Shown: positions 9,118 through 23,009 of the stretch, one piece after another
Numbering within the stretch: the first letter of the stretch is position 1
Layout: each line of letters begins with the position of its first letter
From: Pseudomonadota bacterium
GTDB taxonomy: Bacteria > Pseudomonadota > Gammaproteobacteria > Pseudomonadales > JADFDG01
Assembly (NCBI GenBank): GCA_049324475.1
Contig: JBMOOO010000011.1
Location: forward strand, 232,846-296,845
Reading direction: 5' to 3'
DNA: 64,000 nt
Program-made: the position numbers and the translations under genes
Notes under the pieces: model-generated
Told to the model about the DNA's origin: nothing
The model's database searches: none
What the model saw: only the letters and a program-made list of their open reading frames with translations

Positions 9118-10254
9118 ATGAGTGAGCGTATCCGGCACCGTTTCGAGGACATCGAGCTGGCCTACGGCAAGGGCCAGGTGGCAGGTTTCATTGCCGTGTC
9201 GCTGGGCATGCTCGGCACACTGGGTGCACTGTGTTTCCTGTTCCCGGAAATCTTCACCACGCCGGAGTTCCGGCAGGTCTACAACGTGCCGCTGTTGCGC
9301 AGTCTGTTGCACGGCGTGATCGCAACCAGTTTCGTGGCGGCCGTGGTCAGCATTTTCCGCGGTTCACGATGGCTGGGTCTGGCCGGCATGGCCCTGGCCA
9401 CGCTGGCCGCCCTGCTGGGCAGCATGGAGACGGCCGGCGGGCCGGTCGACCAGCGCAGCGCGTACGCCGGGCTCGACTATTTCGTGCTGACGCTGTTCAT
9501 CCTGGCGCTGGTGTTCATCCCGCTGGAGCGGCTGTTCCCGAAGAATCCGGAACAGAAAATGCTGCGCAAGGGCTGGACCACGGATCTCAACTATTTCCTG
9601 ATCGGGCACGTCGGCATACAGCTTTTTACGTTCTTCACCATCGTGCCGGCCCAGCACTTCTTCGCCTGGGCCATCCATGCCGATTTCCAGAAAGCGATTG
9701 CAGCCCAGCCGGTATGGCTGCAGTTCATCGAGATCCTGGTGGTGATCGATTTCTTCAGCTACTGGATACACCGGGCCATGCACGAGGTGCCGGCATTGTG
9801 GAAAATACATGCCGTGCATCACTCCAGCGAGCACATGGACTGGCTGGCGTCGTCGCGACTGCACTTCCTGGAAATCATCGCAAACCGGCTGATCGGCTAC
9901 CTGCCGATCTTCATTCTCGGCTTCTCGGCACCGGCGGTGTACGCGTATCTGGTGTTCATTTCCTTCCACGCCATCTTCATCCATGCCAACGTGCGGTTCC
10001 GCTTCCCGTACTTCCGCTGGGTACTGGCAACGCCGGAGTTCCATCACTGGCATCACAGTTCACAGCCGGAAGCGATCGACCGCAACTACGCGGCCTTCCT
10101 GCCGGTGTATGACCGCCTGTTCGGCACGGTTTACCTGCCGTCGCACCTGGCGACGCGCTACAGCACGGTGGCCGAACCTCCGCCGGAAGGCTTCCGCGGC
10201 CAGTTCATGTATCCGTTCCGCGAGTGGCTGAAGCGGGGGCCGGCGCGCGACTGA
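9118..10254 (+). CDS. fatty acid hydroxylase / sterol desaturase superfamily membrane protein
   Basis: Di-iron His boxes 'HRAMHE', 'HAVHHSSEH' and 'HHWHH'. Several N-terminal TM segments. Confidence 0.8.
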   Translation: MSERIRHRFEDIELAYGKGQVAGFIAVSLGMLGTLGALCFLFPEIFTTPEFRQVYNVPLLRSLLHGVIATSFVAAVVSIFRGSRWLGLAGMALATLAALLGSMETAGGPVDQRSAYAGLDYFVLTLFILALVFIPLERLFPKNPEQKMLRKGWTTDLNYFLIGHVGIQLFTFFTIVPAQHFFAWAIHADFQKAIAAQPVWLQFIEILVVIDFFSYWIHRAMHEVPALWKIHAVHHSSEHMDWLASSRLHFLEIIANRLIGYLPIFILGFSAPAVYAYLVFISFHAIFIHANVRFRFPYFRWVLATPEFHHWHHSSQPEAIDRNYAAFLPVYDRLFGTVYLPSHLATRYSTVAEPPPEGFRGQFMYPFREWLKRGPARD

Positions 10255-10281
10255 AGCGCGCTGCGGCCCTGTCGGGCCGGT

Positions 10282-11052
10282 TCAGACGCGTGGCTGGGCG
10301 TCGAAGGACTGTCCGTTGGCGCCCCGACTGTCGTCGCTCATCAGCCAGAGGAACAAGGGCACGACGGCATCCGGCGGTGTCACGGTCTGCGCATTTTCGG
10401 CCGGGTAGGCGGCCGCACGCATCGCGGTGCGGGTGGCACCCGGGTTGACCGCGTTGATGCGGACCTTGCCGGTGTGCTCCAGCTCGTCGGCCAGGATCTG
10501 TGTCACCGATTCGGTGCCGGCCTTGCTCACGGCATACGCGCCCCAGAAAGCGCGGCCCTTGCGGCCGACACTGGAACTGGTGAACACCACCGACGAGGCC
10601 GGCGCCAGTTTCAGCAGCGGCAGCATGGCCTGGGTCAGGAACACCGGTGCGGTCAGGTTCACCTGCAGCACCTGCTGCCAGGTGTCGGGCGCGGCGATTT
10701 CCAGCGGCGTGATGTCACCGAGCATGGCGGCACAGTGCAGCAGTCCGTCGAGGCGCCCGAATTCCTTTTCCAGCATGGCTGCCAGCTGACCGAAATCGTT
10801 GGGCGTGGCGACGGCAAGGTTGAGCGGAATCAGCGCCGGCTCGGCACCGCCCGATGCCTTGATCTCGTCGTAGACGTCGGCGAGCTTCTCCTGGGTGCGG
10901 CCAAGCAGCAGCACGGTGGCACCGTGACGTGCGAACGCCAGTGCGCAGGCGCGGCCGATGCCGGCGCCCGCTCCGGTGACCAGGATCACCTTGTCCTTGA
11001 GGCAACCGGTTGCCGGTTGCCAGCCGGCGGGAAGGGCAGGAATGGAAGTCAT
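10282..11052 (-). CDS. short-chain dehydrogenase/reductase, YciK-like
   Basis: 'VILVTGAGAGIGRA' Rossmann motif and 'YAVSKAG' (YxxxK). 4-nt overlap with the upstream HAD gene. Confidence 0.85.
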   Translation of the reverse strand: MTSIPALPAGWQPATGCLKDKVILVTGAGAGIGRACALAFARHGATVLLLGRTQEKLADVYDEIKASGGAEPALIPLNLAVATPNDFGQLAAMLEKEFGRLDGLLHCAAMLGDITPLEIAAPDTWQQVLQVNLTAPVFLTQAMLPLLKLAPASSVVFTSSSVGRKGRAFWGAYAVSKAGTESVTQILADELEHTGKVRINAVNPGATRTAMRAAAYPAENAQTVTPPDAVVPLFLWLMSDDSRGANGQSFDAQPRV

Positions 11053-11741
11053 GCGGGAGTTTCCAGCAGCAGGTCGCCCAGCGCCTGAACGCTGTCGACG
11101 ATGAAATCGGGTTGCCAGTCACGCGGCCGTTCGTGTTCGCCGATGTAACCCCAGCCGGCGACGATGGTCTGCATGCCGGCGTTGCGGCCGGCGGCGATAT
11201 CACGTTCATGGTCGCCCACGTACACGCAGCGTGCCGGTTCGATGCCCATTTCGGCGCAGGCCTTGAGCATGGGTTCCGGATGCGGCTTGGTATGGGTTAC
11301 CTGGTCGGGGCAGACCACGCTGGCGCAGCGGCGGCGCAGATCCAGGGCGTCCAGCAGAGGCAGCGTGTAGATGCTCGGCTTGTTGGTCACGATGCCCCAG
11401 GGCACGCCGCGTTTTTCCAGGATGCGCAGTACCGTATCCAGCCCGGGGAAGAGATGCGTGTGAACGGCCAGATGCCGTGCGTAGCGCTCGCGCAGCTCGA
11501 CGTTGAGGGCGTCGAATTCCGCCTCGCCCGGCTGGCCGCCGAACGCCAGCGCGACCAGCGCGCGGGCGCCATTCGACACCACCGCCCGGATGTCGGCGGC
11601 CGGCAACGGTGCACGGCCGCGGTCGGTCAGCATGGCGTTCAGCACCACGATGAAGTCGGGCGCCGTGTCCAGCAACGTGCCGTCGAGGTCGAACAGCACG
11701 GCATCCCAGCGTGTCGGCACGCCTGTCACATCCTGTGTCAT
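11049..11741 (-). CDS. HAD-family phosphatase (phosphoglycolate phosphatase / MupP-like)
   Basis: '[13 protein letters not shown]' motif I and '[13 protein letters not shown]' motif IV. Sits in the ubiG-HAD-SDR arrangement known from pseudomonads. Confidence 0.8.
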   Translation of the reverse strand: MTQDVTGVPTRWDAVLFDLDGTLLDTAPDFIVVLNAMLTDRGRAPLPAADIRAVVSNGARALVALAFGGQPGEAEFDALNVELRERYARHLAVHTHLFPGLDTVLRILEKRGVPWGIVTNKPSIYTLPLLDALDLRRRCASVVCPDQVTHTKPHPEPMLKACAEMGIEPARCVYVGDHERDIAAGRNAGMQTIVAGWGYIGEHERPRDWQPDFIVDSVQALGDLLLETPA

Positions 11742-12454
11742 GCCGGGCGCACCGTATGCATCAGGTAGTTCACGTCCACGCCGGGGCCCAGCCAGTAGCG
11801 GCCGGACAGCGGGTTGAAGTGCATGCCGGTGAGTTCCTGCATGTCCAGACCGGTGTCGCGTGCCCAGCCGGCCAGTTCACTGGGTCGGATGAATTTCGCG
11901 TACTCGTGCGTGCCTTTCGGCAGCAGGCGCAGTACGTGCTCCGCGCCGACGATGGCGAACAACCAGGCTTTCGGGTTGCGGTTGATGGTGGAGAAGAACA
12001 CGTGGCCGCCGGGCTTCACCAGCTGCCTGCAGGCGGCCACCACGGCGCCGGGGTCCGGCACATGCTCAAGCATTTCCATGCAGGTGACGATGTCATACTG
12101 CCCGGCACGTTCGGCTGCCAGCTCTTCGGCCGTGCCCAGCCGGTACTCGACACTGACGCCGCTTTCCAGCCCGTGCAGTTTCGCCACGGACAGCGGTGCT
12201 TCACCCATGTCGATGCCGGTCACCTGCGCACCGCGCCGGGCCATGCTCTCGGCGAGAATGCCGCCGCCGCAGCCGACATCGATCACGCGCTTGCCCTGCA
12301 GTCTTGCCTTGCCGTCTATCCAGTTCAGGCGCAGCGGATTGATGTCGTGCAGCGGCTTGAACTCGCCATGCGCGTCCCACCAGCGGCTGGCCAGGGCCTC
12401 GAACTTGGCGATCTCGCCGCGATCGACGTTATTGCCGTGATTGCCGGTACTCAT
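11738..12454 (-). CDS. ubiG: bifunctional 3-demethylubiquinol / 2-polyprenyl-6-hydroxyphenol O-methyltransferase
   Basis: Internal ATG at 12454 ([27 protein letters not shown]). SAM motif '[11 protein letters not shown]'. The remaining 5' part of the 423-aa ORF overlaps the upstream gene. Confidence 0.9.
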   Translation of the reverse strand: MSTGNHGNNVDRGEIAKFEALASRWWDAHGEFKPLHDINPLRLNWIDGKARLQGKRVIDVGCGGGILAESMARRGAQVTGIDMGEAPLSVAKLHGLESGVSVEYRLGTAEELAAERAGQYDIVTCMEMLEHVPDPGAVVAACRQLVKPGGHVFFSTINRNPKAWLFAIVGAEHVLRLLPKGTHEYAKFIRPSELAGWARDTGLDMQELTGMHFNPLSGRYWLGPGVDVNYLMHTVRPA

Positions 12455-13779
12455 GCACGTATCCTCGCTGCCCACTCCGCGACCACGCGCTTCAGGTGCT
12501 CGCCGTTCAGGGTGACCGGTTCGCGTTGCACCAGCAGCGGTTCGCCTGCCACCCAGCTGTGCGTCACCTGGTGACGCCCGGTGGCATACACCAGCTGCGA
12601 CACGACGTTGTACAGCGGCTGTGTTTCCAGTGCCGACAGGTCGACTGCGATGATGTCGGCCTGCTTGCCGGTTTCCAGGCTGCCGGTGAGGGTATCCAGC
12701 CCCAGCGCCTTCGCACCGTTGATGGTGGCCATGCGCAGCGTGGCCGGGGCCGGGCAGGCGGTGGCATCGCCGGAGACCGCCTTCGCCAGCAGGGCTGCCG
12801 TGCGCATCTCGCTGAACATGTCCACGTCGTTGTTGGAGGCGGCGCCGTCGGTGCCGAGGGCGACGTTGACGCCGGCCTTCAGCAGCCGGTCCACCGGGCA
12901 GAAACCGCTGGCCAGTTTCAGGTTGGATTCCGGGCAATGGATCACGTGCGAACCGGAGGCGGCGAGGATCTCCAGGTCGGCATCGTCGATCTGCGTCATG
13001 TGCACGCACTGGAAGGACGGGCCGGTCAGCCCCAGCGCATGCAGCCGCGCCAGCGGGCGCGGGCCGCCGTCTTTCGTCGCCTCATGCACCTCGAAAGCGG
13101 TTTCGTGCACGTGCATCTGTACCGGAACCGGCACCGACAACTCGTTGGTGAGCATCAGGATGCGCCTGAGTGCCGGATCATTGACGGTATAGGGCGCGTG
13201 CGGGCCGAGGCCGACGGTGACCAGCGGGTGGTTCTTCCAGTCGTCACGCAGGGCGAGTGCCTTGTGGATGTATTCGTCGGCGTTCTGCGCCCAGGGGGTG
13301 GGGAATTCCAGCACCGGTGCATGCAGCACCGCGCGCAGGCCGGCCTGGCGGGCAGCGCGGGCGGTGGCGTCCGGGAAGAAGTACATGTCGGCGAAGGTGG
13401 TGATGCCGCCGCGGATCATTTCCGCCATCGCGGCCAGGGCGCCGTCGTGCACGAAATCGTCGCTGACCCATTTGCCTTCTGCCGGCCAGATGTGTTCCTG
13501 CAGCCAGGTCATCAGGGGCAGGTCATCGGCCAGCCCCCGGAACAGGTTCATGGCCAGATGGGTGTGGGCGTTGACCAGGCCCGGCATCAGGACCTGGCCC
13601 GGCAGCCCGGTGACCGTGGCCTTCGGGTACCGGCGGAGGGCGTCCTCCAGCGGCAGGATGGCGGCGATCCGGCGCTCGCGGATCACCAGTGCATGGCCGG
13701 CGAGAACCCGGTCTTCCCGGTCGACGGTGACGATGTGGTCTGCGTGCAGGATCAGGGTGGCAACATCGCTGGCGCTCAT
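12451..13779 (-). CDS. mtaD: TRZ/ATZ-family amidohydrolase (5-methylthioadenosine/S-adenosylhomocysteine deaminase-like)
   Basis: '[12 protein letters not shown]' metal-binding motif and '[11 protein letters not shown]'. ATGA overlap with ubiG. Confidence 0.8.
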   Translation of the reverse strand: MSASDVATLILHADHIVTVDREDRVLAGHALVIRERRIAAILPLEDALRRYPKATVTGLPGQVLMPGLVNAHTHLAMNLFRGLADDLPLMTWLQEHIWPAEGKWVSDDFVHDGALAAMAEMIRGGITTFADMYFFPDATARAARQAGLRAVLHAPVLEFPTPWAQNADEYIHKALALRDDWKNHPLVTVGLGPHAPYTVNDPALRRILMLTNELSVPVPVQMHVHETAFEVHEATKDGGPRPLARLHALGLTGPSFQCVHMTQIDDADLEILAASGSHVIHCPESNLKLASGFCPVDRLLKAGVNVALGTDGAASNNDVDMFSEMRTAALLAKAVSGDATACPAPATLRMATINGAKALGLDTLTGSLETGKQADIIAVDLSALETQPLYNVVSQLVYATGRHQVTHSWVAGEPLLVQREPVTLNGEHLKRVVAEWAARIRA

Positions 13780-14006
13780 GCGGGACTCGTGCGGGTCTTG
13801 TACGGGACGCGGGCTCGGGAATGTGCCGGCGGCGGCACCGGGTCCGGTGCCTGTTTCAGGCCGCGGGAGTATAGCGGAGGGGGCCGGAAACGGGAGCCGC
13901 CTGTGCTAGACTTGCGGGCTTTTGCCGGGCCCGGAAAACTGCCGGCAAATCAGCAGGGCAACCGCGCAGGGCACCGCGCAGAATCACGCAGGATCAGCAC
14001 CGACCC

Positions 14007-16607
<2,601 letters not shown>

Positions 16608-16609
16608 CG

Positions 16610-17689
16610 ATGTCCCGCAAGTGGAATTTCTGCGCGGGTCCTGCCGCGCTGCCGGAAGAGGTGCTGCTGCAGGCCCAACAGGAACTGCCGGACTGGCAGG
16701 GCAAGGGGCTGTCCGTGATGGAAATGAGCCATCGCGGCAAGGAGTTCGTCGGGATCGCCGAGGAGGCCGAGCGCGACCTGCGCGAGCTGCTGGCGATTCC
16801 TGCCAACTACAAGGTGTTGTTCCTGCAGGGCGGTGCCACTACCCAGTTCGCCATGGTTCCGATGAACCTGCTGCGCGGGAAACGCACGGCGGATTACCTC
16901 AATACCGGCATGTGGTCGACCAAGGCCATCCTGGAAGGCAACAAGTACTGCGACGTGAACGTGGTGGCCAGTGCCGAGAACGAGAACTTCACCACGGTGC
17001 CGACCCTGGACAGCTGGGAGTTCTCCCGGCATTCCGCCTATCTGCACATCACGCCCAACGAAACCATCCACGGCGTGGAATTCGAGTTCGTGCCGGATGT
17101 GAAGGCGCCGGTGGTGGCGGACCTGTCCTCGACCATCCTGTCGCGGCCGATTGATGTGTCCAAGTACGGTCTGATCTATGCCGGTGCCCAGAAGAACATC
17201 GGGCCGGCCGGCATCGTGGTGGTGATCGTGCGCGAGGACCTGATCGGCGAAGTGATCGCCGGTACGCCGACCATGCTCGACTACAAGGTGCAGGCCGACA
17301 ACGGGTCCATGTACAACACGCCTTCGACCTACTCCTGGTATCTGTCCGGGCTGGTCTTCAAGTGGCTGAAGAAAAAGGGTGGTCTTGCCGCCATGGCGGA
17401 GATCAACCGTCGCAAGGCGTCGCGGCTGTACCACTACATCGATGGCAGTGGTTTCTATGCCAATCCGGTCGATCCGCGCTACCGCTCCCTGATGAACGTG
17501 CCGTTCACGCTGGAAAACGTCAGCCTGGAAAAGCCGTTCCTGAAGGAAGCCGAGGCTGCCGGTCTGCTGAACCTGGCCGGGCACCGCTCGGTAGGCGGCA
17601 TGCGTGCCAGCATCTACAACGCCGTGCCGGAAGCGGCCGTGGAAGCGCTGATTTCCTTCATGAAGGATTTCGCCAACCGTCACGGATGA
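16610..17689 (+). CDS. serC: phosphoserine aminotransferase
   Basis: 'WNFCAGPAALPEEVL' N-terminus. ATG 16610 (ORF-track GTG 16604 overlaps the gyrA stop), preceded by GGGAGCGGAG. Confidence 0.93.
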   Translation: MSRKWNFCAGPAALPEEVLLQAQQELPDWQGKGLSVMEMSHRGKEFVGIAEEAERDLRELLAIPANYKVLFLQGGATTQFAMVPMNLLRGKRTADYLNTGMWSTKAILEGNKYCDVNVVASAENENFTTVPTLDSWEFSRHSAYLHITPNETIHGVEFEFVPDVKAPVVADLSSTILSRPIDVSKYGLIYAGAQKNIGPAGIVVVIVREDLIGEVIAGTPTMLDYKVQADNGSMYNTPSTYSWYLSGLVFKWLKKKGGLAAMAEINRRKASRLYHYIDGSGFYANPVDPRYRSLMNVPFTLENVSLEKPFLKEAEAAGLLNLAGHRSVGGMRASIYNAVPEAAVEALISFMKDFANRHG

Positions 17690-17696
17690 CAGGCTC

Positions 17697-18788
17697 ATGA
17701 GCAGCGACGACGAGCTGAAAAAACTGCGCGAGCAGATCGACGGCATCGATGACCGTATCCGGGCGTTGATCGTCGAGCGTGCCCGCTGCGCGCACCGGGT
17801 GGCCGACGTCAAGCGGGCTGCCGACGGCGAGGCCACGGTTTTCTACCGTCCGGAACGCGAGGCGCAGGTGTTGCGCCGTATGCGCGATGCGGAGAATGCA
17901 CCGCTGGATGGCGAGGCCGTGGCGCGCGTGTTCCGCGAGATCATGTCGGCCTGCCTGGCGCTGGAGCAGCAGCTGAAGGTGGCCTACCTCGGCCCGGAAG
18001 GCACTTTCACCCAGCAGGCGGCACTCAAGCATTTCGGTCACGGTGTGGCCAGCGTGCCGCTGGCTTCCATTGACGACGTATTCCGTGAGGTCGAGGCCGG
18101 CGCGGTGAACTACGGTGTGGTGCCGGTGGAGAATTCCACCGAAGGCATGATCACCCACACGCTGGACAGCTTCATGCGCTTCGGGCTGCGCGTTTGCGGT
18201 GAGGTGGAGCTGCGCATCCACCACCACCTGCTGCTCAGCGAGAGCAACAAGCGCGAGAACATCACCCGCATCTATTCTCACCAGCAGTCGCTGGCGCAGT
18301 GCCGGCAGTGGCTGGATACACACATGCCGGCAGTCGAGCGGGTGGCGGTGTCTTCCAATGCCGAAGCGGCGCGCCGCATTCGCGGCGAGTGGCACGCGGC
18401 GGCGATTGCCGGCGAGATGGCTGCCGATCTGTACGGTCTGGCAAAGATCGCGGAGAACATCGAGGACAACCCGAACAACACCACGCGCTTCCTGATCATC
18501 GGGCGTGAGCCGGTGGCGCGCTCCGGCGACGACAAGACCTCGCTGCTGGTTTCAACCCGCAACAAGCCGGGTGCCTTGTACAAGCTGCTGGAGCCGTTCT
18601 ACACGGCCGGCATATCCCTGACCCGCATCGAGACGCGGCCGTCGAAGAATGCCAACTGGAGCTACGTGTTCTTCATCGACTTTGAAGGTCACGAGAGCGA
18701 CGGGAAGGTGCAGCAGGCGTTGCATGCCGTGACCACCGAGGCGCTGGAAGTGCGGGTGCTCGGTTCCTACCCGAAAGCGGTACTCTGA
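17697..18788 (+). CDS. pheA: bifunctional chorismate mutase / prephenate dehydratase
   Basis: CM helix 'LREQIDGIDDRIRALIVERA', PDT core 'VAYLGPEGTFTQQAA' and ACT 'TRIETRPSK'. Confidence 0.93.
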   Translation: MSSDDELKKLREQIDGIDDRIRALIVERARCAHRVADVKRAADGEATVFYRPEREAQVLRRMRDAENAPLDGEAVARVFREIMSACLALEQQLKVAYLGPEGTFTQQAALKHFGHGVASVPLASIDDVFREVEAGAVNYGVVPVENSTEGMITHTLDSFMRFGLRVCGEVELRIHHHLLLSESNKRENITRIYSHQQSLAQCRQWLDTHMPAVERVAVSSNAEAARRIRGEWHAAAIAGEMAADLYGLAKIAENIEDNPNNTTRFLIIGREPVARSGDDKTSLLVSTRNKPGALYKLLEPFYTAGISLTRIETRPSKNANWSYVFFIDFEGHESDGKVQQALHAVTTEALEVRVLGSYPKAVL

Positions 18789-18789
18789 C

Positions 18790-19887
18790 ATGAGCACCGA
18801 TTTTCGTGCGCTGGCAGTGAGCGGCGTCCAGTCACTCGCGCCCTACGTTCCCGGCAAGCCCATTGCAGAGCTTGAGCGGGAGCTGGGTATCGCCAATATC
18901 GTCAAGCTGGCCAGCAACGAGAATCCGCTTGGCCCGTCGCCGCGCGCGCTGGCGGCGGTCGAGCGCGTGCTGCGCGATACCACGCTGTATCCTGACGGCA
19001 GCGGCTTCTCCCTGAAGAAAAAAATCGGTGAACACTTTCATGTCGATCCGGCCCGTCTGACGCTGGGCAACGGTTCCAACGATCTGCTGGACATGGTTGC
19101 GCGTGTTTTCCTGGGCCCGGGGCGGCGTTCCGTGTTCAGCCAGTACGCGTTTGCGGTCTACCCGATTTCCACCCAGGCAGTCGGTGCCGACTGCGTTGCC
19201 GTGCCGGCACGCGGCTTTGGCCACGATCTGGAAGCGATGGCGAGTGCTGCGCAGAATGCGTCGGTGGTCTGGCTGGCGAACCCGAACAATCCGACCGGTA
19301 CCTGGTTCGATCGTGCTGCCTTCGAGAAATTCATGGCGGCGGTGCCGGAAAAAGTCGTGACCGTGCTCGACGAGGCTTACAGCGAATACGTCGATGACGA
19401 GCGCTATCCGAACGGCCTGGATTACGTGGCCCGGTATCCGAACCTGATCGTGACCCGCACTTTTTCCAAGGCCTGGGGCCTGGCAGCCCTGCGGGTCGGG
19501 TACGGTGTGAGTTCACCGCAGATTGCCGACCTGCTCAATCGTGTCCGGCAGCCGTTCAATGTGTCGACACCGGCACTGGCGGCTGCAGAGGCCGTACTGG
19601 ATGACGCCGACTATCTGGCGCGCTCGGTGCAAACCAACCGCGAGGGCCTGCGGCAGGTGACGCAAGGGCTGGCGGGGCTTGGTCTGGGCGTGATCCCCTC
19701 GATCGGCAATTTCGTCACCTTCGACTGCGCGCGGCCGGCCCAGGCTGTGTTCGATGCATTGCTGCGGGAGGGCGTGATCGTGCGGCCGCTCGCCGGTTAC
19801 GGCATGCCGCGCCACCTGCGCGTCAGCATCGGGACCCGCGAACAGAACGCGCGTTTCCTGTCCGCCCTGCAGAAGGTGTTGTCATGA
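18790..19887 (+). CDS. hisC: histidinol-phosphate aminotransferase
   Basis: 'KLASNENPLGPSP' and PLP-lysine motif 'RTFSKAWGLAALRVGY'. Confidence 0.9.
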   Translation: MSTDFRALAVSGVQSLAPYVPGKPIAELERELGIANIVKLASNENPLGPSPRALAAVERVLRDTTLYPDGSGFSLKKKIGEHFHVDPARLTLGNGSNDLLDMVARVFLGPGRRSVFSQYAFAVYPISTQAVGADCVAVPARGFGHDLEAMASAAQNASVVWLANPNNPTGTWFDRAAFEKFMAAVPEKVVTVLDEAYSEYVDDERYPNGLDYVARYPNLIVTRTFSKAWGLAALRVGYGVSSPQIADLLNRVRQPFNVSTPALAAAEAVLDDADYLARSVQTNREGLRQVTQGLAGLGLGVIPSIGNFVTFDCARPAQAVFDALLREGVIVRPLAGYGMPRHLRVSIGTREQNARFLSALQKVLS

Positions 19888-22196
19888 GCGCGTCCGTGAG
19901 CGGCAGCCAGGTACATTTCCGGCGCGTGGCGTTCATCGGCTTCGGGCTGATTGGCGGCTCACTGGCTGCTGCCATGAAGCGTCGCGGCCTGGTCGGTACG
20001 GTGGCGGCCAGTGCCCGTTCGCAACGCACGCTGGATGAAGGTTTTGCGCTGGGCCTGATCGATATTGCCTGTGCGGACCCGCGCGAAGCCGTGCGCGGAG
20101 CGGATCTTGTCGTGCTGGCCCTGCCGGTGGGCGCCACGCAGGCGGCATTGTCCGCAGTGCGCGACGTGCTGGCACCGGATGCGGTCATCACGGATGTCGG
20201 CAGCGTGAAGGGCGCCGTGGTGGCAGCGGCACGGGCGGCGCTGGATGTGCTGCCACCCGGTTTCGTGCCCGGCCATCCGATTGCCGGCGCGGAAAAGAGC
20301 GGCGTGGCGGCAGCCAATGCCGAGCTCTATGTAAACCACAAGGTGATACTGACCCCGCTGGAGAGTACGGCCACCGAGGCATTGCACCGTGTACGGGCCT
20401 TGTGGGAAGCCGTGGGTGCCAACGTGCTGGTGATGACACCGGAGCACCACGACGAAGTGCTCGCGGCCACCAGCCACCTGCCGCACCTGCTGGCGTACAC
20501 GCTGGTGGATTGTCTGGCGCACCTGCAGGACAACCGCGAGATTTTCCGGTATGCCGCCGGGGGGTTCCGCGATTTCACCCGCATCGCGTCCAGTGACCCG
20601 GTGATGTGGCGCGACATTTTTCTCAACAACCGCGACGGCGCACTCAAGGTGCTGGACCGTTACATGGCCGACCTGCAGAAAATGAGGAATGCCATCTTGC
20701 ACGGCCAGGGTGACGACATGCTGGGCGTATTCACCCGGGCCAAGAGTGCGCGCGACCATTTCACCGCCATGAACCTGCAGACCGGTTATGTCACGGCGCA
20801 CCAGCTGGTGCAGTCGGGCGAACCGGAACTGCTTGACCGGAAATCGATCATGACCCACGGCGACATCAAGTTCCGGGTGACACCCGGTGGCAGCATCGGC
20901 GGACGCCTGCGCGTGCCTGGCGACAAATCCGTTTCCCATCGTTCGATCATGCTCGGCTCGCTGGCCGAAGGTGTGACCGAAGTGGAAGGTTTCCTCGAAG
21001 GCGAGGATGCGCTGGCGACCCTGCAGGCGTTCCGTGACATGGGCGTGGTGATCGAGGGCCCGGCTGCCGGCCGTGTGCGCGTGCACGGTGTCGGCATGCA
21101 CGGCCTGAAACCGGCGGGTGGTGCCCTCTATATGGGTAACTCCGGCACATCGATGCGCCTGCTGTCCGGCATCCTGTCTTCGCAGGCTTTTGACAGCGAG
21201 CTCACCGGCGATTCCTCGCTGAGCAAACGGCCGATGGAGCGGGCGGCGAAACCGCTGCGACTGATGGGTGCCGATATCCAGACCACGGGCGAGAAAGGGA
21301 CGCCGCCGGTGAAGATCCGCGGCGGCAGGAAACTGAAGGGCATCCATTACGATCTTCCGGTGGCCAGCGCGCAGGTGAAGTCGGCGATCCTGCTGGCCGG
21401 CCTCTGGGCCGAGGGCGAAACCTCGGTGACCGAGCCGGCCCCGACGCGCGACCACAGCGAACGCATGCTGCGTGGTTTCGGTTACGACGTGAAAACCGAC
21501 GGTAACCGCATCAGCCTGAAGGGCGGCGGCAAGCTGAAGGCCTGTCGTATTGACGTGCCGGCCGACATTTCCTCGGCAGCGTTCTTCATGGTGGCAGCTT
21601 CCATCGCGCCGGGCTCCGACATCGTGCTGGAACATGTCGGCATCAACCCGACGCGCACCGGTGTGATCGACATCCTGAAACTCATGGGCGGCGATCTGGT
21701 CGTCATGAACGAGCGCACGGTCGGCGGGGAACCGGTGGCCGATATCCGCGTGCGCCATGCGAAGCTGAGGGGCATCGACATCCCGGAGCACCTGGTGCCG
21801 CTGGCGATCGATGAATTTCCGGTGCTGTTCGTGGCAGCTTCCTGCGCGGAAGGGCGTACCGTGCTGACCGGGGCGGAAGAACTGCGGGTAAAGGAGAGTG
21901 ACCGCATTGCGGTGATGGCCGACGGACTCAAGACGCTGGGCATCGATGCCCGGCCGACGCCGGACGGTATCGTGATCGAGGGTCGTGGCACGGCCGCGCC
22001 CGATGCGCCGGTCTTCGGCAGCGGCGAGATCACCAGCCACAACGATCACCGTATTGCCATGTCCTTCTCCGTGGCGGCCCTGCGTGCGAAGGGTGAGATC
22101 CTGATCCACGACTGCGCCACGGTCGGCACCAGCTTCCCCGGCTTCGACCAGCTGGCTGCCCGTGCCGGCATCCGCATCCGGGTCGAGCGGGTCTGA
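19884..22196 (+). CDS. aroA: fused prephenate dehydrogenase / 3-phosphoshikimate 1-carboxyvinyltransferase
   Basis: N-terminal TyrA-type Rossmann 'VAFIGFGLIGGSLA'. C-terminal EPSP synthase motifs 'PGDKSVSHR', 'MGNSGTSMRLL' and 'DHRIAMSF'. Same fusion as in pseudomonads. Confidence 0.92.
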   Translation: MSASVSGSQVHFRRVAFIGFGLIGGSLAAAMKRRGLVGTVAASARSQRTLDEGFALGLIDIACADPREAVRGADLVVLALPVGATQAALSAVRDVLAPDAVITDVGSVKGAVVAAARAALDVLPPGFVPGHPIAGAEKSGVAAANAELYVNHKVILTPLESTATEALHRVRALWEAVGANVLVMTPEHHDEVLAATSHLPHLLAYTLVDCLAHLQDNREIFRYAAGGFRDFTRIASSDPVMWRDIFLNNRDGALKVLDRYMADLQKMRNAILHGQGDDMLGVFTRAKSARDHFTAMNLQTGYVTAHQLVQSGEPELLDRKSIMTHGDIKFRVTPGGSIGGRLRVPGDKSVSHRSIMLGSLAEGVTEVEGFLEGEDALATLQAFRDMGVVIEGPAAGRVRVHGVGMHGLKPAGGALYMGNSGTSMRLLSGILSSQAFDSELTGDSSLSKRPMERAAKPLRLMGADIQTTGEKGTPPVKIRGGRKLKGIHYDLPVASAQVKSAILLAGLWAEGETSVTEPAPTRDHSERMLRGFGYDVKTDGNRISLKGGGKLKACRIDVPADISSAAFFMVAASIAPGSDIVLEHVGINPTRTGVIDILKLMGGDLVVMNERTVGGEPVADIRVRHAKLRGIDIPEHLVPLAIDEFPVLFVAASCAEGRTVLTGAEELRVKESDRIAVMADGLKTLGIDARPTPDGIVIEGRGTAAPDAPVFGSGEITSHNDHRIAMSFSVAALRAKGEILIHDCATVGTSFPGFDQLAARAGIRIRVERV

Positions 22197-22198
22197 GC

Positions 22199-22882
22199 AT
22201 GACGACGGTGCCGGTCATTGCCATCGACGGGCCCAGCGGGTCCGGCAAGGGCAGTGTTGCCCTCATGGTGGCCGGGCGGCTGGGCTTCCATGTGCTGGAC
22301 AGCGGTGCCCTGTACCGGTTGCTGGCCCTGGCGGCCCTGGAAAAAGGCATAGCACCGGCCGACGAACCGGCCCTGGCCGGGGCTGCCGCCGGGCTGCCGG
22401 TGAGTTTCGAGCCGGGCGCACCCGGCGAGCCGGCCCGGGTCCTGCTGGCCGGCAGGGATGTGGGCGACCGCATCCGGGAAGAGGACGTGGGCCAGATGGC
22501 GTCCCGCGTGTCCGGCCATGCCGCAGTACGTGACGCCCTGATGGACCTGCAGCGGTCCTTTGCCCGTCCCCCGGGTCTGGTGGCCGACGGCCGGGACATG
22601 GGGACGGTGGTTTTCCCGTCCGCGGCGGTCAAGATCTTCCTCGACGCCGATGTACTCGAACGGGCCCGGCGCCGGGAAAAACAGTTGCTTGGCCAAGGGC
22701 TTAGTGCTAATTTGCCGCGCCTCGTCGAGGACCTGCGTGCCCGCGACGACCGCGACCGCAACCGGCCGGTAGCCCCCCTCAGGCCCGCCCCGGATGCCGT
22801 GGTCATCGACAGCACACACCTCGGCCGGGAAGAAGTCTTTCAGCAAATCATGGCTGTCGTGCGGACACGCGGACTCGCGTAG
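22199..22882 (+). CDS. cmk: cytidylate kinase
   Basis: P-loop 'IAIDGPSGSGKGS'. Confidence 0.93.
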   Translation: MTTVPVIAIDGPSGSGKGSVALMVAGRLGFHVLDSGALYRLLALAALEKGIAPADEPALAGAAAGLPVSFEPGAPGEPARVLLAGRDVGDRIREEDVGQMASRVSGHAAVRDALMDLQRSFARPPGLVADGRDMGTVVFPSAAVKIFLDADVLERARRREKQLLGQGLSANLPRLVEDLRARDDRDRNRPVAPLRPAPDAVVIDSTHLGREEVFQQIMAVVRTRGLA

Positions 22883-23009
22883 CCGCTGCCGGCCACCGCT
22901 GGGGGAGCCAGCCTGCGCTTACGGCCAGATGCGCGCAGGCACCGGCACACATACCCACTGACCCGCGCCATCACTGGCAGGTGCGGTAATCGCAAGGTGC
23001 ATTCTCGAG